From positions 23,529 through 87,528 of the forward strand of contig CADBJW010000002.1 in the NCBI GenBank assembly GCA_902795135.1: a DNA stretch of 64,000 bases, written 5' to 3'. The translations under genes were made by a program, and so were the position numbers. The notes beneath the pieces are model-generated. The model saw only the letters and a program-made list of their open reading frames with translations, ran no database searches and was not told where the DNA came from. Below, one piece after another: positions 54,855 to 64,000 of the stretch. Source of the DNA: an uncultured Eubacteriales bacterium (lineage in GTDB: Bacteria; Bacillota; Clostridia; Peptostreptococcales; Anaerovoracaceae). Position 1 is the first letter of the stretch; each line of letters starts with the position of its first letter.

Positions 54855-55865
54855 TTACAGCAGGAAAATGTCGTGCTCCGCGCATTCCCGGATCATATCT
54901 TCCGGCCAGATTGCCGCCTGTACTTCCCCGATGTGCGCCTTTCGGAGGAAATACATACACAGCCGACTCTGGCCGATTCCTCCGCCAATGGTATATGGAA
55001 GTTCTCCATTTAGGATTTTTTTGTGGAATTCCAGTTCTCTGCGGTCGTTGGCCCCTGCGATATTCAGCTGTCGGTCCATGGCCTCTTCATCGACGCGTAT
55101 TCCCATGGAAGAAATCTCAAAGGAACGCTGGAGAATATCATTCCAAAGCAAAATATCTCCATTCAGCTCCCAGTCATCATAGTCCGGAGCTCTGCCGTCA
55201 TGCGGCTTCCCTGATTTTAATGCACCACCGATTTTTTCGATGAACACAGCCCGTTTCTCTTTACAAATGGCATCTTCCCGTTCCTTCGGTGTCATGTCCG
55301 GATACATATCTTCCAGTTCCTGAGAGGTTATAAAAAAGATTTCATTCGGAAGATCTGTCTTCAGTTCGTTGTAATGACGATTTACAAAGTCATTGAGATT
55401 CTTCAGTGCATTGTAAAGCGTTACGACGACTTCATGGAGATATTCCTGGGTCCGATCCTCTTTATGGATCACCTTTTCCCAATCCCACTGATCGACATAG
55501 ATCGAATGAAGGTTATCCAATTCTTCGTCTCTTCTTATGGCGTTCATATCTGTATACAGACCGCTTCCCGGTTTGAAGTCGTATCTTCCCAGAGCCATTC
55601 TCTTCCACTTGGCCAGAGACTGTACGATCTCGACTTCCTTTTCGCCCAGGTCTTTGACCGAAAATTTGACGGTCCGCTCCACGCCGTTCAGATTATCATT
55701 CAATCCGGTTTCCGGAGCGACGAACAGCGGGGCGGATACCCGGCGCAGTTTCAATCCGTAAGCAAGTTCCTGCTGAAAGAAGTCTTTGATTTTTTTGATT
55801 GCACGCTGGCTCTCTTTGTAATCGATTTCCGGCGCATAGTCTTTAGGGATATATAAGTTTGGCAT
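54855..55865 (-). CDS. asnA: Aspartate--ammonia ligase (asparagine synthetase A)
   Basis: 336 aa, AsnA-type class II aaRS-like. Strings: [29 protein letters not shown]. Confidence 0.9.
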   Translation of the reverse strand: MPNLYIPKDYAPEIDYKESQRAIKKIKDFFQQELAYGLKLRRVSAPLFVAPETGLNDNLNGVERTVKFSVKDLGEKEVEIVQSLAKWKRMALGRYDFKPGSGLYTDMNAIRRDEELDNLHSIYVDQWDWEKVIHKEDRTQEYLHEVVVTLYNALKNLNDFVNRHYNELKTDLPNEIFFITSQELEDMYPDMTPKEREDAICKEKRAVFIEKIGGALKSGKPHDGRAPDYDDWELNGDILLWNDILQRSFEISSMGIRVDEEAMDRQLNIAGANDRRELEFHKKILNGELPYTIGGGIGQSRLCMYFLRKAHIGEVQAAIWPEDMIRECAEHDIFLL

Positions 55866-55900
55866 TAGTTCCTCCTGTATCTATAATTCACTCTTATTAT

Positions 55901-56575
55901 TTACCTTTTACTGAACACACAGCCGCAGTAATTCTGACGATAAAGGCCGTATTGTTTTGAAAGCTCAATGGATCTCTTGAAACCGTTTTTCTTTTTGAAA
56001 TCCCGGTCAAGGAATGAAAGGCCGTACCGGATCGCGATTTCATTGCCGATCTCAGAAATCAGCTTGTAGTTTTTGTGCGGACTCACGGTCAATGTCGTAC
56101 CGAACAAGTCGCATCCGGCCAGGCCAGCCATTTCGGCGGTTTTCTCAAGCCGCTGCCGGAAGCAGATGGTGCACCGGCTTCCGCCTTCCGGTTCCTGTTC
56201 AAAGCCTTTGCACAAATCAAAAAACGTTCCCGGATTGTAAGGGCCTTCCATGAAATGAATGACCCCGCGATCCGTGATCTGTTCCGGATCCAGCCGCTCA
56301 TTGTTATAGGCTTCGATGAATTTGATCTGCGATGCCCGGCGCTTTTTATATTCCTCTTCATCCGTAATGCACGGGTTGTAAAAAAACACCGTAATATTGA
56401 ATTCCTCTGCCAATCTCTCGATGACAGCCGTGCTGCAAGGACCGCAGCAGCTGTGCAGCAACAGGGATGGTTTTTCTGTCCGTACCGATCGGATGTTGTC
56501 AGGAACAAAGGCTCCGTCAGACTCCAAATCGTTCAGCAGGAATCCATTGCATTTTTTATCTTCGATTCCAGACAT
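55901..56575 (-). CDS. queH: Epoxyqueuosine reductase QueH (DUF208)
   Basis: LLHSCCGPCS and CTICF...YCGC Cys motifs. I prefer the start at ATG 56575; the ORF-track TTG is at 56596. Confidence 0.75.
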   Translation of the reverse strand: MSGIEDKKCNGFLLNDLESDGAFVPDNIRSVRTEKPSLLLHSCCGPCSTAVIERLAEEFNITVFFYNPCITDEEEYKKRRASQIKFIEAYNNERLDPEQITDRGVIHFMEGPYNPGTFFDLCKGFEQEPEGGSRCTICFRQRLEKTAEMAGLAGCDLFGTTLTVSPHKNYKLISEIGNEIAIRYGLSFLDRDFKKKNGFKRSIELSKQYGLYRQNYCGCVFSKR

Positions 56576-56638
56576 ATCAATACTCTCTTTTACCAATAAA
56601 ATAACATCTTATTATACAATAAAAAGCATCTCCCCGCA

Positions 56639-57637
56639 ATGAAACCGGAAAATGTATGTTATGATATAGCCATGATGAAAAACAACGAACCAATTATTTT
56701 TGATACTGCTGACGGGCAGGAACTGCGCATCAACATGATCGGTTCCTGGCTCAAACGACACTTCGGATCTAAAATCGTCAAGCTCAGTCTTGACGGTGGT
56801 TTCACGTGTCCAAACAGAGATGGAAGCAAAGGCACCGGTGGATGTCTTTTTTGTTCTGCCTCAGGTTCCGGAGACATGGCTTCTGACGCAGCGGACAATA
56901 TTACAAAAGCGCTCAAGGATCAGATCCGGCTTCTTTCGGCAAAGTGGCCCGAAGCCAGGTACATGGCTTATTTCCAAAGCCATACCAATACCTATGCTTC
57001 GGTGGATGTTTTGAGAAAAACCTTTGATCCCGTTCTGGATCATCCAGACGTAATGGGAATCGCCATTGCGACCAGACCGGACTGTCTGCCGGACGATGTT
57101 TTGGATTATCTGGGAGAGCTGAACGAAAAAACCTTTCTGTGGACGGAGCTGGGTCTTCAGACCATTCACGATGAAACCGCCAAAGCCATGAATCTCTGCC
57201 ACAACCGGAAGGATTACGATAATGCGGTGCAAAAGCTTCGAAGCCGCGGCATCCGCACGGTGACCCATTTGATTTTAGGTCTTCCGGGAGAAACGCCTGA
57301 AATGATGCGGGAATCGCTGCAGTACGTCTGCCGCAGCGAATCCTGTGAGCCAGCGATTTTTGGTTTGAAACTGCACATGCTCAATGTGGTTCGCGGGTCC
57401 GGTCTGCCGGAACGTTATCCGGGCTACGTTCCTTATGGGACCATGGAAGAATACATCCATCAGCTGATCGATCTCATTGAGATCATTCCACCTGAGATAA
57501 CCCTTCACAGGATTTCGGGAGATGCTCCGCGGCAAACACTGATCGCGCCGGAATGGAGCTATAAAAAAAGGACCATTCTGAACAGCATCCATCGGGAAAT
57601 GCGCCTGCGAAACACATGGCAGGGAAAAGCCCTGTAA
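56639..57637 (+). CDS. TIGR01212-family radical SAM protein
   Basis: 332 aa. KLSLDGGFTCPNRDGSKGTGGCLFC is diagnostic of this family. The exact start is uncertain because no clear SD is present. Confidence 0.8.
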   Translation: MKPENVCYDIAMMKNNEPIIFDTADGQELRINMIGSWLKRHFGSKIVKLSLDGGFTCPNRDGSKGTGGCLFCSASGSGDMASDAADNITKALKDQIRLLSAKWPEARYMAYFQSHTNTYASVDVLRKTFDPVLDHPDVMGIAIATRPDCLPDDVLDYLGELNEKTFLWTELGLQTIHDETAKAMNLCHNRKDYDNAVQKLRSRGIRTVTHLILGLPGETPEMMRESLQYVCRSESCEPAIFGLKLHMLNVVRGSGLPERYPGYVPYGTMEEYIHQLIDLIEIIPPEITLHRISGDAPRQTLIAPEWSYKKRTILNSIHREMRLRNTWQGKAL

Positions 57638-57645
57638 AAACAAAA

Positions 57646-57671
57646 CAGCGGATCAAATCCGCTGCTTTTTT
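57646..57671. terminator. Bidirectional rho-independent terminator; ends the radical-SAM gene (+) and the tRNA operon (-)
   Basis: CAGCGGAT 57646-57653 pairs with ATCCGCTG 57657-57664. T-runs follow on both strands. Confidence 0.85.
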
Positions 57672-57676
57672 ATAAG

Positions 57677-57752
57677 TGGTGCCCAGACTCGGAATCGAAC
57701 CAAGGACACGGGGATTTTCAGTCCCCTGCTCTACCAACTGAGCTATCTGGGC
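57677..57752 (-). tRNA. tRNA-Phe (GAA)
   Basis: 76 nt by hand folding. Acceptor GCCCAGA, anticodon loop CTGAAAA, T-loop TTCGATT, CCA encoded. Confidence 0.9.
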
Positions 57753-57777
57753 ATACTTACGATTTCTATTTAGTTTA

Positions 57778-57854
57778 TGGTGGGCCATCGGGGACTCGAA
57801 CCCAGGACCTGCCGGTTATGAGCCGGACGCTCTAACCAACTGAGCTAATGGCCC
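57778..57854 (-). tRNA. tRNA with CAT anticodon; probably tRNA-Ile2 (lysidine) rather than Met
   Basis: 77 nt. Anticodon loop CTCATAA. The GGGCCAT...ATGGCCC-A-CCA acceptor and the body resemble Firmicute tRNA-Ile. It lacks the initiator-type three G-C pairs in the anticodon stem. Confidence 0.8.
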
Positions 57855-57885
57855 ACATTAGACCTGACGAGCAGGTCAGAAATAA

Positions 57886-57962
57886 TGGTCGGGGTGGCAG
57901 GATTTGAACCCGCGGCCCACTGGTCCCAAACCAGTTGCGCTACCAAACTGCGCTACACCCCG
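57886..57962 (-). tRNA. tRNA-Pro (TGG)
   Basis: 77 nt. Acceptor CGGGGTG, anticodon loop TTTGGGA, CCA encoded. Confidence 0.9.
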
Positions 57963-58001
57963 ATATTAAATTATTTCGTGAAAGACACGATTGAAACAAA
58001 T

Positions 58002-58077
58002 TGGCAGGGGCAGTAGGAATCGAACCCACGGCACGCGGTTTTGGAGACCGCTGCTCTACCAGCTGAGCTATACCCCT
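58002..58077 (-). tRNA. tRNA-Trp (CCA)
   Basis: 76 nt. Acceptor AGGGGTA, anticodon loop CTCCAAA. Confidence 0.9.
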
Positions 58078-58079
58078 AT

Positions 58080-58172
<93 letters not shown>

Positions 58173-58185
58173 AAACTAACAACAA

Positions 58186-58273
58186 TGGCGGAGAGGGTGG
58201 GATTCGAACCCACGGAGGTTTGACCCTCACTGGTTTTCAAGACCAGCACCATAAACCGCTCGGACACCTCTCC
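58186..58273 (-). tRNA. tRNA-Ser (TGA)
   Basis: 88 nt with a long variable arm. Anticodon loop CTTGAAA. Confidence 0.9.
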
Positions 58274-58328
58274 TCATGCTATACGTTTTGCAGTGTTCTC
58301 AGCCCTTCAGTCCCCAACCTGTAAAAAA

Positions 58329-58404
58329 TGGTGACCCATCGGAGATTCGAACTCCGGACACCTTGATTAAAAGTCAAGTGCTCTGCCGACTGAGCTAATG
58401 GGTC
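58329..58404 (-). tRNA. tRNA-Lys (TTT)
   Basis: 76 nt. Anticodon loop CTTTTAA. Confidence 0.9.
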
Positions 58405-58408
58405 ATAA

Positions 58409-58483
58409 TGGCTGGGGTAGCAGGACTCGAACCTACGCATGACGGAGTCAAAGTCCGTTGCCTTACCGCTTGGCTATACCCCA
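58409..58483 (-). tRNA. tRNA-Gln (TTG)
   Basis: 75 nt. 5' end TGGGGTATAGCCAAGCGGTAAGGCA, anticodon loop CTTTGAC. Confidence 0.9.
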
Positions 58484-58522
58484 TCGTGTTTTTATATAAA
58501 TTGTAAAAAATGTCAAAAAAAT

Positions 58523-58599
58523 TGGCGAGCCCACAGGGATTCGAACCCCGGACACACGGCTTAGAAGGCCGTTGCTCTATCCAGCTGAGCTATGAGCCC
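58523..58599 (-). tRNA. tRNA-Arg (TCT)
   Basis: 77 nt. Anticodon loop CTTCTAA. Confidence 0.9.
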
Positions 58600-58607
58600 G
58601 CAACTGT

Positions 58608-58681
<74 letters not shown>

Positions 58682-58686
58682 AAAAT

Positions 58687-58761
58687 TGGAGCGGAAGACG
58701 AGATTCGAACTCGCGACCCTCGCCTTGGCAAGGCGATGCTCTACCCCTGAGCCACTTCCGC
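58687..58761 (-). tRNA. tRNA-Gly (GCC)
   Basis: 75 nt. Anticodon loop TTGCCAA. Confidence 0.9.
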
Positions 58762-58779
58762 ATATCATATTTATTATAT

Positions 58780-58864
58780 TGGTCGAGGGAGATGGATTCG
58801 AACCATCGAAAGCTCAGCTAACGGATTTACAGTCCGCCCCCTTTGGCCACTCGGGAATCCCTCG
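58780..58864 (-). tRNA. tRNA-Tyr (GTA)
   Basis: 85 nt with a long variable arm. Anticodon loop CTGTAAA. Confidence 0.9.
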
Positions 58865-58885
58865 ACATTCTTTCGCGCATTGAGT

Positions 58886-58914
58886 ATTCTACCACATCTG
58901 TTTCAAATATTCAA
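58886..58914 (-). promoter_or_regulatory. Candidate internal sigma-A promoter inside the tRNA operon (TTGAAT-17-TGgTAGAAT), upstream of tRNA-Tyr
   Basis: rc of 58909-58914 is TTGAAT and rc of 58886-58891 is TAGAAT, preceded by TGG (extended -10). It lies in the 86-nt Thr-Tyr spacer, 22 nt before the tRNA-Tyr 5' end. Confidence 0.5.
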
Positions 58915-58950
58915 TGACATTTTTGGTAAGAACTGAAACCTTACCGTTTA

Positions 58951-59025
58951 TGGAGCTGGCGGAGGGAATCGAACCCCCAACCTGCTGATTACAAATCAGC
59001 TGCTCTACCGTTGAGCCACGCCAGC
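58951..59025 (-). tRNA. tRNA-Thr (TGT)
   Basis: 75 nt. Anticodon loop TTTGTAA. Confidence 0.9.
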
Positions 59026-59043
59026 ACGTTTTGTCGGTTTTTA

Positions 59044-59119
59044 TGGTGGGCGCTACAGGGCTCGAACCTGTGACCCCCTGCTTGTAAGGCAGGTGCTCTC
59101 CCAGCTGAGCTAAGCGCCC
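59044..59119 (-). tRNA. tRNA-Val (TAC)
   Basis: 76 nt. Anticodon loop CTTACAA. Confidence 0.9.
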
Positions 59120-59153
59120 TCTTTCGTTCCCAATTCACCCGACGCACTTATAA

Positions 59154-59182
59154 AGGATACAGCAATAACTATTCTATGTCAA
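59154..59182 (-). promoter_or_regulatory. Candidate sigma-A promoter of the tRNA operon (A-tract, TTGACA-17-TATCCT)
   Basis: rc of 59177-59182 is TTGACA, inside the last codons of yigZ and preceded by AAAAAAA. rc of 59154-59159 is TATCCT. It is about 35 nt upstream of tRNA-Val. Confidence 0.5.
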
Positions 59183-59804
59183 GAGGTTTTTTTGCAAGAA
59201 TTTTCTCTTCTTTTTTTATGACTGCAGAGCCGGAAGTGATGTTGTTGATCATGCCTTTCACGGTCTCGATCTTTTCCGTCATCGCGTGAATCGTCATGGT
59301 GATTTTCTCTCCATATTGCACATCGGCGATTTCAAAATCACCGCCTGCCAGCTTCTGAAATTTCGACAAATAGGTATAGTCGATTTCCATTTCCATGCTG
59401 CACATTTCCAGCACACCGCATATTCCGGCTTCCTCCAGCGCCAACTGGGCACTGGACGTGTAGGCCCTGACCAGTCCGCCGGTTCCCAGCTTGATTCCGC
59501 CAAAATACCGGGTAACCACGATGACGATATTGGTGATCCCCCGCTTCGTAAGCATTTGAACCATGGGTGCTCCCGAGGTCCCCTGAGGCTCCCCGTCATC
59601 ACTGGCCCACTGAATCTGTGATTTCTCACCGATTACCATGGCCGGCACGTTGTGGGTCGCGTCCCGGTACCCGGCCTTGATTTCCGCAATGAATTCTTCC
59701 GCTTCTTCTCTTGTATCTACCGGTTTTGCGTGGGCAATAAATCTGGATCGTTCAATGACCTGCTCCGCTACGGCCTCCTTCATGATTGTTCTATATATTT
59801 CCAT
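59169..59804 (-). CDS. yigZ: YigZ / IMPACT-family protein (UPF0029)
   Basis: 211 aa. VIERSRFIAH...ATHNVPA...SDDGEPQGTSGAPM is typical of YigZ. AAGAGG lies before ATG 59804. Confidence 0.8.
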   Translation of the reverse strand: MEIYRTIMKEAVAEQVIERSRFIAHAKPVDTREEAEEFIAEIKAGYRDATHNVPAMVIGEKSQIQWASDDGEPQGTSGAPMVQMLTKRGITNIVIVVTRYFGGIKLGTGGLVRAYTSSAQLALEEAGICGVLEMCSMEMEIDYTYLSKFQKLAGGDFEIADVQYGEKITMTIHAMTEKIETVKGMINNITSGSAVIKKEEKILAKKPLDIE

Positions 59805-61084
59805 GCGTGCCTCTTAATATCCTCCGTCTTAAATTTGCCTTTGATTCGTGTTCCGGTCGCAACATATTCCATCGATTCGATCTGCCCGTTTTCACAGAGA
59901 TAGGATGTAATATTTCCCTTGTCATATGGAATCAAAACACAGATTTCCTCCATATCACCAAAAATCACTTCGCAGATCTTCTCGGACAATTCCCCGACGC
60001 CCTCTCCTGTTTTGGCTGACAGGAAGACCGCTTCATTGCCGGTCGCATCGATGGGCCGTTCTTCTGCAATGTCCATTTTATTGTACGCCATAATGGTGGG
60101 CGTCCCCTTGGAGGTCAGCTGCCGGATTACATTTTCTGTTACTTCGATTTGGAAATCCCGGTTTTCGTAGGATGCATCCACTACATGCACCAGCAGATCC
60201 GCGTCGCGAACTTCTTCCAGCGTCGACTTGAATGCTTCTACGAGACTGTGGGGAAGGCCGCTAACAAACCCAACCGTATCGATCAAAACGAAATCCTTGC
60301 CCTTTCCCAGAGATATTCTGCGGTGCTGGGCGTCTAAGGTTGCAAAAAGCATGTCTCTGGATTCTACGGATTTGTTCGCATCGCTGGAGTTCTGCAGCTG
60401 CGCCGCCTCAGAAAGCAGGGCGTTCATAATGGCGGACTTCCCGGAATTGGTGTACCCCATAAGCGCAACCACCGGTATTTCATTTCGCTCCCGTTCCGCG
60501 CGCTGTATCTTTCTGTTTTTTACGATCTTTTCCAGTTCCGACTTGATGTCATCAATGCGCCCGGCGATATGGCGCCGGTCGGTCTCCAGCTTTTTCTCCC
60601 CAGGACCTCTGGTTCCGATCCCGCCGCCAAGTCTGGATAAGGACTTCCCAAATCCGGTCAAACGCGGCATCCTGTACTGGAGCTGCGCCAGTTCGACCTG
60701 GAGTTTCCCTTCCGGCGATGTGGCTCGATCCGCAAAAATGTCCAGAATCAGAATGGTTCGGTCAATGACCCGCACATTCAGTGCTTCCTCTAGATTTCTG
60801 ATTTGGACCCCGCTCAGTTCATCGTTGAAAACGACCGTATCCACATCCATATTCGCGCACAGTTCCGCTAATTCTTTGACCTTTCCGCTGCCAATCAGCG
60901 TCGCGTTATCCGGCCGTTTCAGGCTCTGTTCCACGCGCCCCTCAACGGTGATCCCGTCTGCCTCACAAAGGCCTTCCAGTTCATCCATGGATCTGGAAAT
61001 GTCTTCTTTCCATTGCAGGCCAACAACGATTGCCCGGTATGCGTCTTCTCTTATGATTTCGTTGTGTTCATTAAATCTGATCAT
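59780..61084 (-). CDS. hflX: GTPase HflX
   Basis: 434 aa. HflX N-domain, GGGIGTRGPGEKKLE, GYTNSGKS, DTVGF. Confidence 0.9.
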   Translation of the reverse strand: MIRFNEHNEIIREDAYRAIVVGLQWKEDISRSMDELEGLCEADGITVEGRVEQSLKRPDNATLIGSGKVKELAELCANMDVDTVVFNDELSGVQIRNLEEALNVRVIDRTILILDIFADRATSPEGKLQVELAQLQYRMPRLTGFGKSLSRLGGGIGTRGPGEKKLETDRRHIAGRIDDIKSELEKIVKNRKIQRAERERNEIPVVALMGYTNSGKSAIMNALLSEAAQLQNSSDANKSVESRDMLFATLDAQHRRISLGKGKDFVLIDTVGFVSGLPHSLVEAFKSTLEEVRDADLLVHVVDASYENRDFQIEVTENVIRQLTSKGTPTIMAYNKMDIAEERPIDATGNEAVFLSAKTGEGVGELSEKICEVIFGDMEEICVLIPYDKGNITSYLCENGQIESMEYVATGTRIKGKFKTEDIKRHAWKYIEQS

Positions 61085-61095
61085 GGTTACAATTA

Positions 61096-61122
61096 ATGCC
61101 GGAGGTCACAGGCCTCCGGCAT
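61096..61122 (-). terminator. Probable terminator hairpin after codY
   Basis: ATGCCGGAGG 61096-61105 pairs with CCTCCGGCAT 61113-61122. The trailing U-tract on the minus strand is weak (UUAAUUGU). Confidence 0.5.
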
Positions 61123-61153
61123 TTCATCCATTGTTCTTCAAAAGCGCCAGCTG

Positions 61154-61930
61154 TTAAACGATCATTTTTTCAAGTTCTTCTTTGAATTTCGGATTCGTGA
61201 TTTTGATTCTCGTTCCTTTCATTCCCAGAGATCTCGATTCTATGACCCCGGCACTTTCCAGTTTTCTGAGTGCATTCACAATAACAGATCTGGTAATGCC
61301 GGACCGGTCTGCAATTTTACTTGCAACAAGCAATCCTTCATCACCGTCAAGCTCTGAAAAAATCTGCTGAACCGCTTCTACTTCTGAATAGGACAGTGTG
61401 CCGATCGCCATCTGGACCATGGATACCTGACGGTTGTTTTCTTCTTCTTCCACCGTCTTCTGTCTTTGGATTTCAAGCCCGACAATGGTTGCACCGTATT
61501 CTCCCAGAACCAGATCCTCATCGGAAAACATCGGCTCGTACCTGGTCATAATCAGCGTTCCCCATCTGGTTCCGCCGCCGATGATCGGAATGACCGTGTG
61601 GAGCTTATCCGAAGTATCATAATCGTACTTGAATATGGAAAGAGCTTTTTCCCCTTGCATGTTCGCGGTCGTCTCTTTGACGTTCATAAGCCCTTCGTTA
61701 TATTCGCCCGGAAAAGCTTCGATCCCCGTTTCCTGATCTTTGATCGTTGAGCTGTCCGACTTGATCTTGTAATTGACTCCAATTACCTTTCCTCTGACAT
61801 TAGCTACATACACATTGGCGTCCATCAAATCACTTAAAATCGCGCACATTTCATTGAAAGAAAATGCGCCTGTTGGACTTTCCTGCAGCATCCAATTCAG
61901 CTTTCGGACCTTCGTCAGTATATCACTCAT
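61154..61930 (-). CDS. codY: GTP/BCAA-sensing pleiotropic repressor CodY
   Basis: 258 aa. GAF-like N-domain and a C-terminal wHTH ASKIADRSGITRSVIVNALRKLESAG. Confidence 0.9.
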   Translation of the reverse strand: MSDILTKVRKLNWMLQESPTGAFSFNEMCAILSDLMDANVYVANVRGKVIGVNYKIKSDSSTIKDQETGIEAFPGEYNEGLMNVKETTANMQGEKALSIFKYDYDTSDKLHTVIPIIGGGTRWGTLIMTRYEPMFSDEDLVLGEYGATIVGLEIQRQKTVEEEENNRQVSMVQMAIGTLSYSEVEAVQQIFSELDGDEGLLVASKIADRSGITRSVIVNALRKLESAGVIESRSLGMKGTRIKITNPKFKEELEKMIV

Positions 61931-61976
61931 GTTACACCTCGTCTTTACGCTTGATACAATTCTTTCTGTCGCACAT

Positions 61977-62005
61977 ATTATAAGGTGTTTTGACTCTTGT
62001 TACAA
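61977..62005 (-). promoter_or_regulatory. Candidate sigma-A promoter of codY (TTGTAA-17-TATAAT)
   Basis: rc of 62000-62005 is TTGTAA and rc of 61977-61982 is TATAAT, with an exact 17-nt spacer. Confidence 0.6.
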
Positions 62006-62016
62006 CTAATATTTTG

Positions 62017-62031
62017 ATTTTTCAAAAAAGT
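62017..62031. promoter_or_regulatory. CodY-box-like sequence upstream of the codY promoter
   Basis: ATTTTTCAAAAAAGT matches the published CodY consensus AATTTTCWGAAAATT at 12/15 positions. Confidence 0.4.
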
Positions 62032-62066
62032 TTCATTATACAGAACAATTGACACAATTCACTCAA

Positions 62067-63503
62067 TTACAGAATGTATTTGTCCAGATCCTGCGGATGA
62101 ATCTTTTCTTCGAACTTCTCTTTTACGTACTGACGGTCGATGATGATCTTTTCCTCTTCCATGTCTGCAATATTAAAGGAAATGTCCTCCAGCAGTTTCT
62201 CGAGAATCGTGTGAAGTCTTCTCGCTCCAATGTTTTCGGTCTGTTCGTTCATGAGAAATGCCATGGTCGCGATTTCGTCGATCGATTCGTCCGTAAATTC
62301 GATTTCAATTCCCTCGGTTTCCAAAAGCGCCTTGTGCTGTTTGATCAATGCGTTTTCCGGAACCGTCAGAATCTTTACGAAGGTATCCTTGTCCAGATTC
62401 TCCAGTTCTACGCGAATCGGAAATCTTCCCTGAAGCTCCGGAATCAGATCCGTTGGCTTTGCAGTATGGAATGCACCGGCGCCGATAAAGAGAATATGGT
62501 CGGTCTTGACCGGACCGTGCTTCGTATTTACGACACTTCCTTCTACGATTGGCAGAATGTCTCTTTGGACACCTTCCCGTGAAACATCGGCGCCGCTCCT
62601 ATATCCGGATCCGGAAGCGATCTTGTCGATTTCGTCGATAAAGATAATGCCGTTTTGTTCCGCATTATTGAGCGCATCTTCTGTGACCTGATCCATATCG
62701 ATCAGATTCTGAGCCTCTTCTTCCCTCAATATTTTTCTGGCGTCTTTTACCTTTACCTTTTTATTCTTCTTTTTCTTCGGAGCCATGTCGCCAAAGATGT
62801 TGCCAATCTGGATCATTCCGCCATCGCCAACATCCAGGTTATTCTGCTTCGGCGCCTCTGTAACCTGAATTTCAATATACTGCTCTTCCAGAAGGCCATC
62901 TCTCAGCTGCTGTCTGACCTGCTCCCGAGCAAGTCCCGTATCGTTGCCGGCGTCTTCTTCTGCCGCTTGCTGTGCCTGCTGCTGTTCGTACTGTTCCTTC
63001 TGGCTCACGTAACCGCTGTTTCCTAAAATAAAATCAAAAGGCCCCCGGTTCTGTTCGGAATGGAGTTTTCCCTTCTTTCCCGGAATGATTGCCTCTACGA
63101 TTCTCTCTTCTACGATTTCATCGGCAATCGAATACTTCTCCTCCAGCATTTGCTGTTTGGTGATTCGAATGGATGCTTCCGCCAGATCCCGAATCATGGA
63201 ATCCACGTCACGGCCTACATATCCAACCTCTGTGAACTTCGTCGCTTCTACTTTTACAAAGGGCGCGTCCATCAGTTTCGCAAGACGTCTTGCGATTTCC
63301 GTTTTACCACATCCGGTCGGTCCCATCATCAATATGTTTTTTGGTGTGATTTCTTCTCTCATTTCCTCCGAGAGAAGGCTTCTGCGGTATCTGTTTCTGA
63401 GTGCGATCGCGACGGATTTCTTCGCTTCATCCTGTCCGATAATATATTTGTCGAGTTCACCAACGATTTCTTTAGGTGTCATCTGATACAGTTTGTTTGC
63501 CAT
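62067..63503 (-). CDS. hslU: ATP-dependent protease ATPase subunit HslU
   Basis: AGGAGG RBS before ATG 63503; the ORF-track N-terminal extension is unlikely to be real. MTPKEIVGELDKYIIGQ, GPTGCGKTEIARRLA, and Walker B IIFIDEIDK. Confidence 0.9.
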   Translation of the reverse strand: MANKLYQMTPKEIVGELDKYIIGQDEAKKSVAIALRNRYRRSLLSEEMREEITPKNILMMGPTGCGKTEIARRLAKLMDAPFVKVEATKFTEVGYVGRDVDSMIRDLAEASIRITKQQMLEEKYSIADEIVEERIVEAIIPGKKGKLHSEQNRGPFDFILGNSGYVSQKEQYEQQQAQQAAEEDAGNDTGLAREQVRQQLRDGLLEEQYIEIQVTEAPKQNNLDVGDGGMIQIGNIFGDMAPKKKKNKKVKVKDARKILREEEAQNLIDMDQVTEDALNNAEQNGIIFIDEIDKIASGSGYRSGADVSREGVQRDILPIVEGSVVNTKHGPVKTDHILFIGAGAFHTAKPTDLIPELQGRFPIRVELENLDKDTFVKILTVPENALIKQHKALLETEGIEIEFTDESIDEIATMAFLMNEQTENIGARRLHTILEKLLEDISFNIADMEEEKIIIDRQYVKEKFEEKIHPQDLDKYIL

Positions 63504-63513
63504 GTCACACCTC

Positions 63514-64000
63514 CTATAACTTTTCCACAGAAATGTGGTCGTTCGTATAAACGCAAATTGAAGCTGCAATTGCTAAGGATTTTCTCACGATTTCCTCTGC
63601 ACTCAGATCTGTATTGTTATAGAGTGCATTCGCCGCAGCATATGCATAGTTTCCACCGGAACCAATGGCCACAAATGGCTGATCCGGCTCAATGACTTCA
63701 CCGGTTCCTGATATGATCAGTAAATCTTCTTTGTCCGCTACGATCATCAGGGCTTCCAGATTTCTCACAGCTTTATCACTTCTCCAAAGCTGCGCCAAAG
63801 CCACGGCCGCTCTCTTCAGGTTGCCACCGTGCTCGTCCAGCTTGCTTTCGAATTTTTCTGTCAGTGAAAAGGCATCTGCTACAGAGCCTGCAAAACCTGT
63901 TACGATGGAATTCTTGTAAATTTTCTTAACTTTTTTTGCTCCGTTTTTCATGATGGCCGTTTCACCCATCGTGACCTGACCATCGCCGCCAATGCAAACA
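63514..64000 (-). CDS. hslV: ATP-dependent protease subunit HslV (5' end outside the window)
   Basis: The reading frame stays open to the window edge (..[23 protein letters not shown]...). [10 protein letters not shown] and IGSGGNYA are HslV motifs. Confidence 0.85.
   Translation of the reverse strand, partial: VCIGGDGQVTMGETAIMKNGAKKVKKIYKNSIVTGFAGSVADAFSLTEKFESKLDEHGGNLKRAAVALAQLWRSDKAVRNLEALMIVADKEDLLIISGTGEVIEPDQPFVAIGSGGNYAYAAANALYNNTDLSAEEIVRKSLAIAASICVYTNDHISVEKL

Noticed and set aside
58484-58522. Internal promoter in the Arg-Gln tRNA spacer (perfect TTGACA on the minus strand)
   Set aside because: The best -10 candidates (TATAAA or TATATA) lie 12-14 nt away, which is too short a spacer for sigma-A.
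58686-58883. 65-aa plus-strand ORF
   Set aside because: It lies entirely across tRNA-Gly(GCC) and tRNA-Tyr on the opposite strand, so it is an artefact.
58921-58950. Hairpin GGTAAG-N9-CTTACC between tRNA-Thr and the internal promoter as an operon-internal terminator
   Set aside because: On the transcribed (minus) strand it is followed by AAAAA rather than a U-run. On the plus strand there is no gene to terminate.

Overview
This 64-kb chromosomal window appears to come from a Firmicute of the class Clostridia. The gene content and order look Lachnospiraceae-like, but that is inference only. I call 50 protein-coding genes, 48 of them on the minus strand. They are tightly packed, and many have overlapping stop and start codons. 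There are 15 tRNA genes: one solitary tRNA-Arg and a 14-gene tRNA operon, all with encoded CCA. I found no rRNA, CRISPR array, transposase, integrase, phage gene or recognisable defence gene. Most of the window is core housekeeping. It includes thrS, ddl, folC and valS. It includes the block der-plsY-gpsA-miaB, and the block plsX-rnc-smc-ftsY. It includes the classic Firmicute block priA-def-fmt-rsmB-stp-prkC-rsgA-rpe. It also includes asnA, queH, hflX and codY-hslUV. Four parts look non-routine. (1) A cell-envelope locus at 1.5-14 kb has three LCP (LytR-CpsA-Psr) paralogs and two tandem GH25-SH3 muramidases. (2) A roughly 1.6-kb island lies between two LCP paralogs. It holds a small lipoprotein gene, tRNA-Arg, and a G+C-rich non-coding stretch. 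That stretch is built from two inverted copies of a ~190-nt long-hairpin element that show helix-preserving substitutions, and a truncated third copy lies upstream. This is the best candidate for something undescribed: a structured RNA or a REPIN/ERIC-like hairpin repeat. (3) A reductive pyrimidine or orotate catabolism-like cluster contains pdp, preA, preT, an M20 carbamoyl-amidohydrolase, an extra DHOD-like flavoprotein, a LacI regulator and an MFS transporter, but no ring-opening amidohydrolase. (4) A sigma-54 enhancer-binding protein plus class-III aminotransferase pair, and a LarC N-terminal-only gene fused into the valS operon. All product calls come from motif recognition in the supplied translations. 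No database search was possible.
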